Made by a program: the position numbers and the translations under genes. This document shows, one piece after another, positions 1-9,475 of a stretch of DNA of 64,000 nt. The notes under the pieces were generated by a model. It had not been told where the DNA came from and made no database searches. It was given only the letters and a program-made list of their open reading frames with translations. Every line of letters starts with the position of its first letter. Within the stretch, counting starts at the first letter, position 1. The stretch is from an uncultured bacterium (GTDB taxonomy: Bacteria; Planctomycetota; GCA-002687715). The DNA lies in contig CADEGH010000023.1 of NCBI GenBank assembly GCA_902826835.1, forward strand, positions 6,220-70,219, written 5' to 3'.

Positions 1-268
1 GCCCGGACTCGCGCTCAAATCGAATGGTTCGTTCATCGACGCCGAACTCGTCGCCAAGGCATGGCACAAGAAGTACAAGGTGATCCAGATCGGGGTCGAC
101 TACTTCCCCCGCACGATCGGAGTCTCCAAGCTCTCAAGCCTCAAAACCATCAAGCGCATGACCGGCGAGATGTTCCGACTCCGAGGCGAAGTGCTGCGCG
201 GTGACCCAGAGGCCCCCACTCCAGTGCCACCGGCGGAGTCGATCGTGATCCATCCGACTGCGCTATGA
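1..268 (+). CDS. Glycosyltransferase family 2 protein, C-terminal fragment; the gene starts upstream of the window
   Basis: Frame-2 translation from position 2 reads PGLALKSNGSFIDAELVAKAWHKKYKVIQIGVDYFPRTIGVSKLSS..., typical of the C-terminal region of GT2 / dolichyl-phosphate-mannose-synthase-like enzymes. The stop TGA at 266-268 overlaps the next start (ATGA). Confidence 0.55.
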   Translation, partial: PGLALKSNGSFIDAELVAKAWHKKYKVIQIGVDYFPRTIGVSKLSSLKTIKRMTGEMFRLRGEVLRGDPEAPTPVPPAESIVIHPTAL

Positions 269-930
269 GTCACCCGCTCAAAGACCAGGTGCTCACCCGA
301 TTTGCCGGCGCGTCGGCCCGCACCAAAGCTCACGTGCGTGCGAGGTTGGCCTCGGTCCCCTGGCCAGCGCTCCTCGAACGCCTGCCGAAATCGGGCCTGA
401 TTGCCTCGCTGGGATGTGGGCACGGCGCCATCGAGATCGCCGCCGCCCTCGATTCTGCGTCACGACAATTCGTGGCCTGCGACATCGACGATGCGAAGCT
501 CACTCAGGCCCGGAACGCCCAGGGATCGCTGCCGATTCAATTCTGTTCCGGCGACCTCTGGCAAGCCTTGGCAACGAGGAACACCCGAGCAGATGCGGTG
601 ATGGCCATCGATGTGCTCTACTTGTTCGACACCGCTGCGCAGATCCGTTTCGTGAACCAGGCGTGGCAACACTTGCCGCCTGGGGGCCGGTTGCTAATCA
701 AGGAGATGGCCGCCACCCCCCGCTGGAAGTGGGGCTGGAACCGGCTGCAAGAATGGCTCGCGTGTCACGTCCTGCGCATCACCGCGAGCGTCGAGGGCGT
801 CGTCGGCCTGCGCCCGACTTCATGGTGGGCCGAGGTTTTGGCGCGGGAGGGGTTTGCCGCAGTGCGGATCCAGCCTCTCGATGCCGGGTACTTCCACCCT
901 CACGCCCTGGTGACGGGGGTGAAGCCTTAG
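265..930 (+). CDS. Class I SAM-dependent methyltransferase
   Basis: 221 aa with an LGCGHG glycine-rich SAM-binding motif I and an acidic motif II (VACDID). Start overlaps the upstream GT2 stop by 4 nt, consistent with an operon. Confidence 0.7.
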   Translation: MSHPLKDQVLTRFAGASARTKAHVRARLASVPWPALLERLPKSGLIASLGCGHGAIEIAAALDSASRQFVACDIDDAKLTQARNAQGSLPIQFCSGDLWQALATRNTRADAVMAIDVLYLFDTAAQIRFVNQAWQHLPPGGRLLIKEMAATPRWKWGWNRLQEWLACHVLRITASVEGVVGLRPTSWWAEVLAREGFAAVRIQPLDAGYFHPHALVTGVKP

Positions 931-1702
931 GCGACACCGCGACCCGCGGGGCGGCAACCGGGGTCGTTCCCGGAACCAACTTCTCCACCTCTTCTGGGGT
1001 CAATTTCCTTATGACCCCACTCGCGAGCTTGCCCAAGACCAAGGTGCCAATCCTAAGTCTGATCAACTGCGTGACCGGGTGACCGACGCCCTCGCACATC
1101 CGCCGCACTTGGCGGTACTTCCCTTCGACGATGATGATGGAGAGCCAGGTGCTCTTCTCCACTTGGCGATCGATCCGCACTTTGGCGGGCAAGGTGATCG
1201 TCCCGTCGTCCAAATAGACCCCGGCTCGCAGCGTGTGGAGGGCCTCATCACCGACATGACCCTCCACTTTGGCGAGGTACTCTTTCTCGAGCTTTTTCTC
1301 CGGCGCGGTGATGTTCTCGCTCCAGTCTGTGTCGTTGGTGAAAAGGAGCAGGCCCGAGGTATCTCGATCGAGCCTTCCCACCGGAAACACCCACGAGCCG
1401 AAGTCGCCCAAACACTCGTACACCGTCCGGCGACCCTGTTCGTCCGAGCGAGTGGTCACCAATCCCCGCGGTTTGTGCAGGGCGAGGTAGACCTTCTCGG
1501 CGGGCTTGGCGACCGCCCCATCGACCACGATGCGGTCGACGCCGAGGGTCACCCACTTTCCGGGGGAATCGATCATCCGCCCGTTGACCTTGACGCGCTG
1601 CTCTTGGATCGCGAGCTGCGCTTGTTTGCGGGAGGTGAGCCCGAGCTTGGAGAGAGCCCGATCGAGGGTGACACGGGTCGGAGGAGGGTTCGGCTCGCTC
1701 AT
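779..1702 (-). CDS. Pseudouridine synthase, RsuA/RluB family, with S4 domain and a basic C-terminal tail
   Basis: S4-like N-terminus (LDRALSKLGLTSRKQAQLAIQEQRVKVNG), catalytic motif GRLDRDTSGLLLFTNDTDW, and an Arg/Pro-rich tail. The last ~50 codons overlap the convergent methyltransferase gene, so the 3' end is uncertain. Confidence 0.7.
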   Translation of the reverse strand: MSEPNPPPTRVTLDRALSKLGLTSRKQAQLAIQEQRVKVNGRMIDSPGKWVTLGVDRIVVDGAVAKPAEKVYLALHKPRGLVTTRSDEQGRRTVYECLGDFGSWVFPVGRLDRDTSGLLLFTNDTDWSENITAPEKKLEKEYLAKVEGHVGDEALHTLRAGVYLDDGTITLPAKVRIDRQVEKSTWLSIIIVEGKYRQVRRMCEGVGHPVTQLIRLRIGTLVLGKLASGVIRKLTPEEVEKLVPGTTPVAAPRVAVSPKASPPSPGREGGSTRHREAGSALRQTPPAPKPRPTMKSGAGRRRPRRSR

Positions 1703-1793
1703 GGTCAGGCCCGGAAGTTACCCGACTCCGCGAGTCCGGCCTCCTGCGCGCTATCGTTCACCATCTCCGCCGCTCATTCCAGGAGTCTCCCCG

Positions 1794-2723
1794 ATGCGAC
1801 CGATTACCGTGCTGCCTTTCGTTTTCCTGCTCTGTGGATCCCTTTGCTTGGTGGGGCAAGGAAGCCCCGCGGAAGACGCCGCGTTGCGGCGGGCCTCCTC
1901 GGCCGCCAAGCTGAGCCTGGTCGACGCGGTGAATATGGCACTGGCCAAAATCCCGGGCCAAGCCATCTCCGCAGAGCTCCTCACGAGAAGCGAAGCCGGC
2001 GCGGCGACCCAGGTCTGGGAAGTCGTTCTTCTGGCTGGTGAGGCCGTGCACGAACTGCGCTTCGACGCCGTCACCGGCGGAATGCTCAGCGCCAGGGAAC
2101 GGCGTCGTCTCGCGGCGGAGACCACCTCCGCAGCTCTCGTCGTGACCGAGGATTCCTTCGAGTTCGAAGCCCTGAGCGCGTGGAGGACGGCGGAGACCAA
2201 CGGGAGCGGAGACGTGGCCACCTGGCGTTCTGTCGCCGTCGACAAGTCCTGGCACGGCTCCCGCGCCCTCGAAGTGGAATCGAAGAACGCCGGTCAGACT
2301 TACAACCTCCTGCTCTCGGATGCGATCATGCCCGCCGATTTAGACATGTCCGTGCGCGTCCAGGGCTGGAAGGGCGACGAGGACCAGGGCGGTGGTTTGG
2401 TCTGGCGTGCCAAGGACGCCGCGAACTACTGGGTCGCGCGCTGGAATCCGATGGAGCGCAACTTGCGCGTGTACACCGTGATCGATGGGAAGCGCAGCCC
2501 GGCGATCAAGTCGGCGACTTTCGATGCCGCCGCCGGCGAGTGGCACGAGCTCCGAGTGCACCACGTCGGCGCCAAACTCCGGATCTCGTTCGACGGCGAA
2601 CTCAAGTTCGAGTTCGAGGACCCGAGCTTCCCCGCCGCCGGCAAGGTCGGATTTTGGACCAAGGCCGACGCCTCCACCCGCTTCGACGACTTTCGCTATC
2701 GCTCCGTCGCGCTGACCAAGTGA
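1794..2723 (+). CDS. Secreted protein with a PepSY-like region and a DUF1080 / LamG-like jelly-roll C-terminal domain
   Basis: The ATG at 1794 is preceded by AGGAG (1781-1785) and opens a signal peptide MRPITVLPFVFLLCGSLCLVGQG. The listed 1506 start would overlap the upstream RluB gene. The C-terminal region (WRAKDAANYWVARWNP...GEWHELRVHHVG...FDDFRY) resembles DUF1080 / 3-keto-disaccharide-hydrolase-like domains. Confidence 0.6.
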   Translation: MRPITVLPFVFLLCGSLCLVGQGSPAEDAALRRASSAAKLSLVDAVNMALAKIPGQAISAELLTRSEAGAATQVWEVVLLAGEAVHELRFDAVTGGMLSARERRRLAAETTSAALVVTEDSFEFEALSAWRTAETNGSGDVATWRSVAVDKSWHGSRALEVESKNAGQTYNLLLSDAIMPADLDMSVRVQGWKGDEDQGGGLVWRAKDAANYWVARWNPMERNLRVYTVIDGKRSPAIKSATFDAAAGEWHELRVHHVGAKLRISFDGELKFEFEDPSFPAAGKVGFWTKADASTRFDDFRYRSVALTK

Positions 2724-2724
2724 G

Positions 2725-4291
2725 TCAGTTCCGCTTGGCCTTGCGGCTGGCTCCCGTCCAGCCTGGCAGGCCCGCGCCCAACGAGTCCTTGGGATCCGCC
2801 ACGAGCACAACCGCCCACGCCGCGGTCGTCCAGACTTGGCCGAGATCCACGTCCGAGTTGGACTGCATCGAAATCGACTCGTGCCAGGGACGCGGTTGCA
2901 GAGAACCGTCGGGAGCTCGCGCCAGCACCAACTCGGCTTCGGCCGTTTCGAGGTAACGCTTCCAACTCTCGGGACCGTGGGCCGAAGCCGCCACGCCGGC
3001 CAGCAAAATGTGCTGCATCAACGAGGCGTGCCCCTCGAAAATTTCGCCCGAGTGCCGCCCCACGTACGACCTCATCTTCGCCGTGAAGCCCTGCTTCCCG
3101 AGCCCGAGGTTTTCGGCCCCGAGCCACGAACCGGCGGTCCGGCCAATGTTGCCCTGGCCCTGCTGACCGGGGGAGGTCGAATACGCCACCCCACCGTCTC
3201 CACCCCCACTTGCCTCGAGATAGCCCATCGCCTTGTCCAGAACCTTCTCGTCGATCGTGCAGCCGGCCAAAGCCGCCATTCCGAGTCCGGACAACGCGAG
3301 GGAGCTCACGATATTGAGCTCGAGGTACCCGAGCGCGTTTTTCCCGCCCGGGCCATGCGCCCAGCCACCACTCGCTTCTTGGCGCCGCCCGATCTCCGTC
3401 GCGATGCGCTGCAGTTCGCGTTGCACGAGTGGAGCCGGCCTTCTCAGGTGAAGCTCACCCAAGAAGATCGCGGCGTGCACAAAGGCCCAGTTCGTTTGAT
3501 TCCAATTCGGGCCCGAACTCGGGCCGGGGAGTTCATCCGGGGCATCCACGTGGCGAAAGACGAAGTCACGCGCCTTCTCGATCGCCGCGAGATACGGCCC
3601 CTCCCCCTGGGCGTCTTGGGCTCCGAGCCAGGCAAGCCCCGCGAGCGAAACCTGCACCACCACTCCGGTCGTTCCGCAGAGGGTCGCCGGGAAGCCGCCG
3701 TCCTCCGTCTGGCGCGCCACGAGCCAGTCGAGCGCGGCTCGGCTCGTCGCGTGGCGGGCTGCCCCCTTGAACGGGAGGAGAGCATCCCGTTTGCCACCGG
3801 GCAACTCGACCCGGATCGACTCATTTTTCTTCCCGCGTTCGAGGACCAAGGTGAGACCGGGCTTTTCGGCCGCTTCGCCCTTGCGAAGGGCCGCCGCGAG
3901 CGGTTCCATCGATCCCTTGGCGAAGTTGGCCTTGTTGACGCCGACAATCACGTCCCCAGGCTTGATGCCAGCCTTTTCCAAGGGCCCCCCCGGATAGATC
4001 AGGGCGACGCGCAGACGCTCCGGCCCCAGGGTCGTCTTCGGGTCCCCGCCGCCGGTGATGCGTCGCCCCTCGGCCCTCTGCTTCAGTTGGGGGGGCGGGT
4101 CATCGGCGTTGTTGGCTTTGCCACCGAGAATTCCCAGGTTGAAGAGGTCGAGGCCGCCGGTGATGGTGGCGCTGGAGGGCCCGAAGGGCCAGGCCAGGCC
4201 TCGGGGTTCCTCTTGGCCACAAGCGGTGGTGCCGAGAGTTGTCACCGACAGTGTTAAGGCCACCCAAAAACCGTATCTACGAAGGTCCATC
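2725..4291 (-). CDS. Lipoprotein with a PDZ domain and prenyltransferase/squalene-cyclase-like alpha-alpha toroid repeats
   Basis: The internal Met at 4291 gives MDLRRYGFWVALTLSVTTLGTTAC (signal plus Cys). PDZ-like GIKPGDVIVGVNKANF; repeats QTEDGGF and QEASGGW are typical of terpenoid-cyclase/prenyltransferase-like repeats. Confidence 0.55.
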
Positions 4292-4311
4292 GCGTGGAAG
4301 AATAACGCCCG

Positions 4312-4971
4312 ATGATCCGAACCGCCCGCATCCTGACCCTGGTCGTGCTGATCCTGTCCCAAGGCGGGCTGGGTCAGTCCGGCGAACCGCACGCGAACAC
4401 CAATCCGGTCGCACGACTTCGCCTGGATTCCGCCCGAAGACGGGTGGTGATTCAGGCTTGCACCAAGATGGTGGACGGCCTGATCGAGTACGGGCTGGTA
4501 GGCCCGGGGGGCAAGGACCACGAGACCCTCTTTGTCACCGACGTCCCCCCCTCGCAGATTCACGCGGCGTGTTTGATCGTGGGGGCTCCCGACGCTCCCC
4601 ATCCACCCAAAGAGCCGGAGGCCCCCATCGTCAGCCCCGCGGCACCGGTTCGCATCGAGGTCACTTGGTCCCAAGGCTACCGCTCGTTCCGATATGACCT
4701 GGCGGATCTGATCGCCCGCGAGCGGGATCGTTGGTTCAGGTCGCGGCCTCCCCTCGTTCCGGGGGCTTGGATCTACAACGCTTCAGTCCAAGGCGACGGC
4801 TTTTTTCTCGCCGACCGCCTCGGGTGCGTGATCGCGTTGGCCGAGGATGTGGCCGCGTTGGCGAATCATCGCGACGGTGATCCCGAGGACGACGATCACT
4901 TCGTGCCGGCCCGATCGAAATTGCCTCCGGTTGGTACGCCGGTTGAAATTCACCTGATCTTTCGCCGCTAG
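4312..4971 (+). CDS. Hypothetical secreted protein
   Basis: 219 aa ORF with an N-terminal hydrophobic signal (ILTLVVLILSQGGLGQSG). No family recognised. Its stop overlaps the end of the convergent membrane-protein gene. Confidence 0.45.
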   Translation: MIRTARILTLVVLILSQGGLGQSGEPHANTNPVARLRLDSARRRVVIQACTKMVDGLIEYGLVGPGGKDHETLFVTDVPPSQIHAACLIVGAPDAPHPPKEPEAPIVSPAAPVRIEVTWSQGYRSFRYDLADLIARERDRWFRSRPPLVPGAWIYNASVQGDGFFLADRLGCVIALAEDVAALANHRDGDPEDDDHFVPARSKLPPVGTPVEIHLIFRR

Positions 4972-6563
4972 CGGGGGACCCTGAGCAGCCAGTAGCGACG
5001 GTTTTCGAGACAAACCGGGAGCCCCGCCGCATCGCTCAGCGCAAACGGAGCCCCCTTGCGGAGTTCGTCCAAGAGCCGGTCATGCGGCGCGTCCACCACC
5101 TCCAGGCTCGGCCAGTCGCGGTTCTCCACCAGCGCTTTTTCGATGACGAGGTGGGTGACTCCGTAGTGCGCCGCTAACTCCCAAAAGCGATTGCCGTCGC
5201 TACCGAACCCGAGATGCAGGCTCGCTTCGGTGCGTTCGCGGACCCGCCGATCGTGATGCTCGTAGTAGGGAAGTGAAAGTTCACGGTTGATCAACACCCG
5301 ACGTCGGGATCGGAGAGGAACATCATCGAGCGCCTCCGGTCGTCCCGCGACCAGGCAGTCCTTCGGCAGCGCGGCAATGGCTTCGTACAGTGCGACCTCC
5401 TCCGGGTCGGGGGCTTTGCTTTGGGCCAGCGAGCCGGCCAATAACGACGCCAGTACGAGCAAGGTAAGCCCCACCGTGGCAGCGCGCACTCGGCCCCGAT
5501 GTCGCACGAGTAGGCCATAGTCCCCGATCCATGTCCCCAGATTGATGGCGAGCAAGATCCCCAAGGCCGCGGGCCACGCGTACAGGGTGTAGCGACTGGG
5601 CAGGAACAGGCGGAACAGGAGGGCGTGCGCGAGGAAGAACAGCAATCCGCCGGACAAAAAGAGCCACCCAAGCAACGGAGGAGCGACGAACTTCTTCCGA
5701 CGGACCACCGCCACCAGGAGGAGCCCGAGGAGCGGCAGCATGACCTGGTTGCTCAGAAGCCCGCAGGCGCTGCGGTTGTAGGACCAATCGCCAAGCCAGA
5801 ATCGGACCGAATCCTCGACCCAAAATTCGGCTCTCCCATTTTCCTGAAACTCGGGCCGAGCCTTGGCAGTCTCGACATCAATGAACCGGCCAAAATCGGC
5901 TTCGCCGCTGCCCCCGTAACTCGCGAGCGTGATTCCGGCGGCGACCAGGATCGGCCCCCCAAGGCTAGGCAGGGTCGCCCACGGGGTGCGCAAGAGGGTC
6001 GGCAAGAAGAAGGTAGCCAGAGCCGCGAGGTTAAAGATCATCGGGGGATAAAAGAGCGCCGCGACCACGAACGTGAGGCCGAAGGCGACTCGTCGTTTGT
6101 TCGCGACGGCGAGGAGCCCCAAGAGCAGAATGGGGAACGCAAACGCCCTGGGCAAACCCCCGCGAAGGTTGTCGAACATCAATCCTCCGGCCGCCAAAAC
6201 CGCCAAGAAACCGGACAGGTCTCCTCCCCACCGTTTGCCGAGGCGGTAGGCTGCCCAGGCCACAACCGCGCACAAAGCCAGACCCAAGAGCTTCGAGAAG
6301 AGAAGAGCATCGAGAACTCGGGCGCCCGCGGCGTACAGGGTCGAATAGCCGGGCGGGTCAAACCGAGGCGAGGCTATGAAATCGACCAGGGGGTCATTCG
6401 GAAACAGGCCCGGGTCGGCGTAGCGGTATGTCCAAAAGACGTGTTGGCGGGCGTCTCCGTCGATGCGCCACGGATCGAGAATGCCCGCCCAGTGAAATTT
6501 GATCGCCAAAGCCAACGCCAAGAGCGCGGCAAGTCGGGGCCAGGGAGAGCGCATGCGGGGCAC
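4968..6563 (-). CDS. Polytopic integral membrane protein, possibly a glycosyltransferase-like (ArnT/PMT-type topology)
   Basis: 531 aa with more than 10 hydrophobic segments and a large C-terminal soluble domain. Family not recognised with certainty. Confidence 0.5.
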   Translation of the reverse strand: MPRMRSPWPRLAALLALALAIKFHWAGILDPWRIDGDARQHVFWTYRYADPGLFPNDPLVDFIASPRFDPPGYSTLYAAGARVLDALLFSKLLGLALCAVVAWAAYRLGKRWGGDLSGFLAVLAAGGLMFDNLRGGLPRAFAFPILLLGLLAVANKRRVAFGLTFVVAALFYPPMIFNLAALATFFLPTLLRTPWATLPSLGGPILVAAGITLASYGGSGEADFGRFIDVETAKARPEFQENGRAEFWVEDSVRFWLGDWSYNRSACGLLSNQVMLPLLGLLLVAVVRRKKFVAPPLLGWLFLSGGLLFFLAHALLFRLFLPSRYTLYAWPAALGILLAINLGTWIGDYGLLVRHRGRVRAATVGLTLLVLASLLAGSLAQSKAPDPEEVALYEAIAALPKDCLVAGRPEALDDVPLRSRRRVLINRELSLPYYEHHDRRVRERTEASLHLGFGSDGNRFWELAAHYGVTHLVIEKALVENRDWPSLEVVDAPHDRLLDELRKGAPFALSDAAGLPVCLENRRYWLLRVPR

Positions 6564-6634
6564 GATAGCCCGTCGCCCGGCTCGGCGACCCTCGAGCTGA
6601 CAATCCGGCCTCCGACCCTACGTATACTCCCCCC

Positions 6635-7198
6635 GTGCGTTACCTCATCAGTCTTGCGTTCGTAGTTGCCGCCACCGGTCTTCTCTGCCATGGCCTCTTC
6701 GAGGACGACGCCGCCCAGGCCGCCCTCCGCTCCGGAGGACCCGCGGCCGCCATTCCCGAGCTCGAGCGGCACTGGCCCTACTCCCCGACGACCATCGAAG
6801 CCAGGAAGACGCTGATTCCCCGGTGGCGATCCGAGGGCAAAGGGCCGAGCATCGAACCCGACTTCGGCCATGCGGTCGCCCGCGTCGAACGAGCCTTCTC
6901 CAACCGGATGCCCTGGGTCGACCCGTTTGGCGCCGCCGCCATCGGGTTAGCCGGCCTCGCCCTCGCGGTCCTGCTCCCCGGGACGCGCTTCAGAGGAATG
7001 GCGTTGATGGGGTTGCTGCTGGGATTGGTCGCCTCCTTTCCGCTGTACTTGGATGAAGGATCCCAGGTGGGGCTCGTTGACACCGCCGCCTTCGTGGAAC
7101 CGGTCATGGCCGAGTTCCCTCGGGTCGCCATCGGCCTCCTCTTCCTGGCGGGGTTTGTCCTCGGGCCCCGGGCTCGACGCCGATCCGACGACGATTAA
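6635..7198 (+). CDS. Hypothetical membrane protein
   Basis: 187 aa with an N-terminal TM segment plus three C-terminal TM segments. Confidence 0.4.
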   Translation: MRYLISLAFVVAATGLLCHGLFEDDAAQAALRSGGPAAAIPELERHWPYSPTTIEARKTLIPRWRSEGKGPSIEPDFGHAVARVERAFSNRMPWVDPFGAAAIGLAGLALAVLLPGTRFRGMALMGLLLGLVASFPLYLDEGSQVGLVDTAAFVEPVMAEFPRVAIGLLFLAGFVLGPRARRRSDDD

Positions 7199-7319
7199 AC
7201 GAGAATAACTTGGGAGATACGGGGCCGCGGCCAAGAATGTGCGGCGCCCGCGAATGGGTGAAAGCCCGCCGCCCGGAGGCGGGGTTTGGAATCCGTTTGG
7301 TCTCCCATGGAGTCTCGTC

Positions 7320-9269
7320 ATGAAGCAGTTCGTCCTCGGGGCCGTCCTCGCTCTTTCCCTCGGCCTCCCGAGCCTTGGCCAAACCCTGGCCCACTCGGCC
7401 CCGTCTAGCACGCTGGTTTACGTCCGCCAGACCGACCCCATCGCGGGCTTTCAGAAGTTCCTGGGCAGCAGCCTCTTTTGGGCCTCCCCGATCGACCTTC
7501 AAAAAGACGTGCTGTCTCAGATGGACGAAGCCCTGGGCCAGGTCGATGGCATGCTCGGGATCGAGGTGGGGAGCATTGGAGGGTACCTCCGGTCCGTGAA
7601 GGTCTTCGAAGGAGTCCTTTACTCGCTCCAGTTGACCGACGCCTTCCCGGAGATCGAGTTCGCCGTTTCCATTGAAACTCCTCAGGCCGAGGCGATCTAT
7701 AAACTTCTCTCCGGAAAGTTGATCGAGGAGCAGATCGCCGAGCAATCCGGTCCCGAGGACCTGAACGTGAGCATCGGGGATGCCTTCGGAATTGCCATCG
7801 CCCGCCGTGGCGACCGCGTGATCATCGCCAACGACCAGCGGCGACTGAACGAGACCGTCAAGGGATTCGGCTCGAGTTCGGCGGACAGTCTGGCGAAGTC
7901 CAAAGAATTCCAGAACGCGATTGGCGGCGACAGCGTGCCCGACATCGTGGCCTTCTCGCGCATCGCGCCTTTCTTGGATATGGCCATGCAGGAAGGACCA
8001 CGTTTCCTTCGCCGCGAGCAAGGGCCACTCGCGGTCGCCCGCGCGCTCGGCATCTTCAAGTTGGCGGGTGCCGGCTACGTCGAAACCGACAAGTACTCGC
8101 GATTCGGGATCACCGCCAACGAGGATGTCCTTCTCATGGACGTGTTTGCCACCCAGGGTGGCTCACCGGAAATCCTCGCGGACATGCCGATCGATTCGGT
8201 GTTCAGCGCGGTCTACGGCGCCGAGATGGCAACGTGCTGGAAGAAGGCCTCGAGCGTGATTCTCGACCCGAAGAAGTTCCCATTCGCGGAGGCCGTCGAG
8301 CGGGGTATTGCCGAGTTCCAGCAGAAGGTCGGAGTGAAGGTCGAGGAACTCGCCGCCATTGCCACCCGGGGAATCGGTTTTGCCTACGTCCCGAGGGCAG
8401 ACGGCCAACTCGATGATGATCCCGAGAATTTCATCTTTGTCCTCCCCTTCTCCGATCGCGCCAAGGCGATGGAATTGGGAAGCAAGTTGATGGGACTCGC
8501 GGCGGCACGGATGCAGCGCGAGCTCGAGACCAAAGAGGACGGCGAGGTTACCTACTTCTCGACCCCCTCGGAGAGTAAGCGGGAACAGCCTTCCCTCGCG
8601 TTCACGAAGGATCGGGCGATCTTCAGCGCCGCGACCAACATCCGAAGGCTCCTCGAAATCCAGCGCGGGAAGGTCCCCGGACTCGGAAGCGCCGGGGTGC
8701 TGAAGGGGCTGAAGCCGGGGGCCGCCGGGTACGGCTACGTTGGCCTGAAGTCGATTTTTGCCCAGGAGCGGGAGTTCGGGCCCGCCCACGCACAGATGAA
8801 AGACTCGGCCGGCATCGCATTCACCTACGAGATCACGCCGCAGTCTTTCACGCTGACCACCAACGCACCCCTCTCGGAGATCGCCGCCGGCTTCGCCACC
8901 GCAGCCAGCATGTACGAAGCGCAGGAAGCCCAGCGATCGGCCGCGCTGCGCGACCTGGAGAAGATCGGCAAGGCCTGGCGCGAGTACCGCGGAGCGCAGC
9001 AGAAGAACCCCAACTCGCTTTCGGATCTGGGATTTGTCGGTGACAAAGCGCTTGTCTTCCCACCCAATCCGGCGGTGGGAGTGACCACGAAGCCCTACGT
9101 CCTCACCAATCCCCCCGCTCCCACGGACGAGTTGCGCGAGAGTGAAATCGTGATCGCCTACGCGCCGGATGGCTCGCTTGGCCGACTCGCGGTCATGATG
9201 GACGGCTCCACGCGGACGACTTCGGAGGTGCGATTCCAGGCCTGGTTGCGCAACCAGGCCGGGAAGTAG
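7320..9269 (+). CDS. Hypothetical secreted protein, about 650 aa
   Basis: The internal ATG at 7320 opens the signal peptide MKQFVLGAVLALSLGLPSLGQTLA. The listed 7239 start adds a non-signal extension. No family recognised. Confidence 0.55.
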   Translation: MKQFVLGAVLALSLGLPSLGQTLAHSAPSSTLVYVRQTDPIAGFQKFLGSSLFWASPIDLQKDVLSQMDEALGQVDGMLGIEVGSIGGYLRSVKVFEGVLYSLQLTDAFPEIEFAVSIETPQAEAIYKLLSGKLIEEQIAEQSGPEDLNVSIGDAFGIAIARRGDRVIIANDQRRLNETVKGFGSSSADSLAKSKEFQNAIGGDSVPDIVAFSRIAPFLDMAMQEGPRFLRREQGPLAVARALGIFKLAGAGYVETDKYSRFGITANEDVLLMDVFATQGGSPEILADMPIDSVFSAVYGAEMATCWKKASSVILDPKKFPFAEAVERGIAEFQQKVGVKVEELAAIATRGIGFAYVPRADGQLDDDPENFIFVLPFSDRAKAMELGSKLMGLAAARMQRELETKEDGEVTYFSTPSESKREQPSLAFTKDRAIFSAATNIRRLLEIQRGKVPGLGSAGVLKGLKPGAAGYGYVGLKSIFAQEREFGPAHAQMKDSAGIAFTYEITPQSFTLTTNAPLSEIAAGFATAASMYEAQEAQRSAALRDLEKIGKAWREYRGAQQKNPNSLSDLGFVGDKALVFPPNPAVGVTTKPYVLTNPPAPTDELRESEIVIAYAPDGSLGRLAVMMDGSTRTTSEVRFQAWLRNQAGK

Positions 9270-9270
9270 C

Positions 9271-9471
9271 TCACTCCGAAGGCTCCGGGCCTTGGCCGTC
9301 CTCCCCCGCCCGCGGGCGGGGCCGATCCTCCCCACGCCGGGCCCGCACCGCTTTGGTCAAGACAAATTCGATCTGCGCGTTGACACTGCGGAGATCGTCC
9401 CGAGCCCAGCGCTCGAGCTCGGCGTACAGCTCCGGAGGGATGCGGAGCAAGAATCCCTTGCGCTCAGACAT
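9271..9471 (-). CDS. Ribbon-helix-helix (Arc/CopG-type) DNA-binding protein
   Basis: 66 aa; [32 protein letters not shown] is the canonical RHH beta-strand plus two helices. It lies 4 nt downstream of the SPFH gene on the same strand. Confidence 0.6.
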   Translation of the reverse strand: MSERKGFLLRIPPELYAELERWARDDLRSVNAQIEFVLTKAVRARRGEDRPRPRAGEDGQGPEPSE

Positions 9472-9475
9472 GGCA

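Noticed and set aside
414-1082. 222-aa Arg-rich ORF overlapping the methyltransferase in another frame
   Set aside because: Composition artefact (R/P/G-rich, no motifs). The methyltransferase frame has clear SAM-binding motifs.
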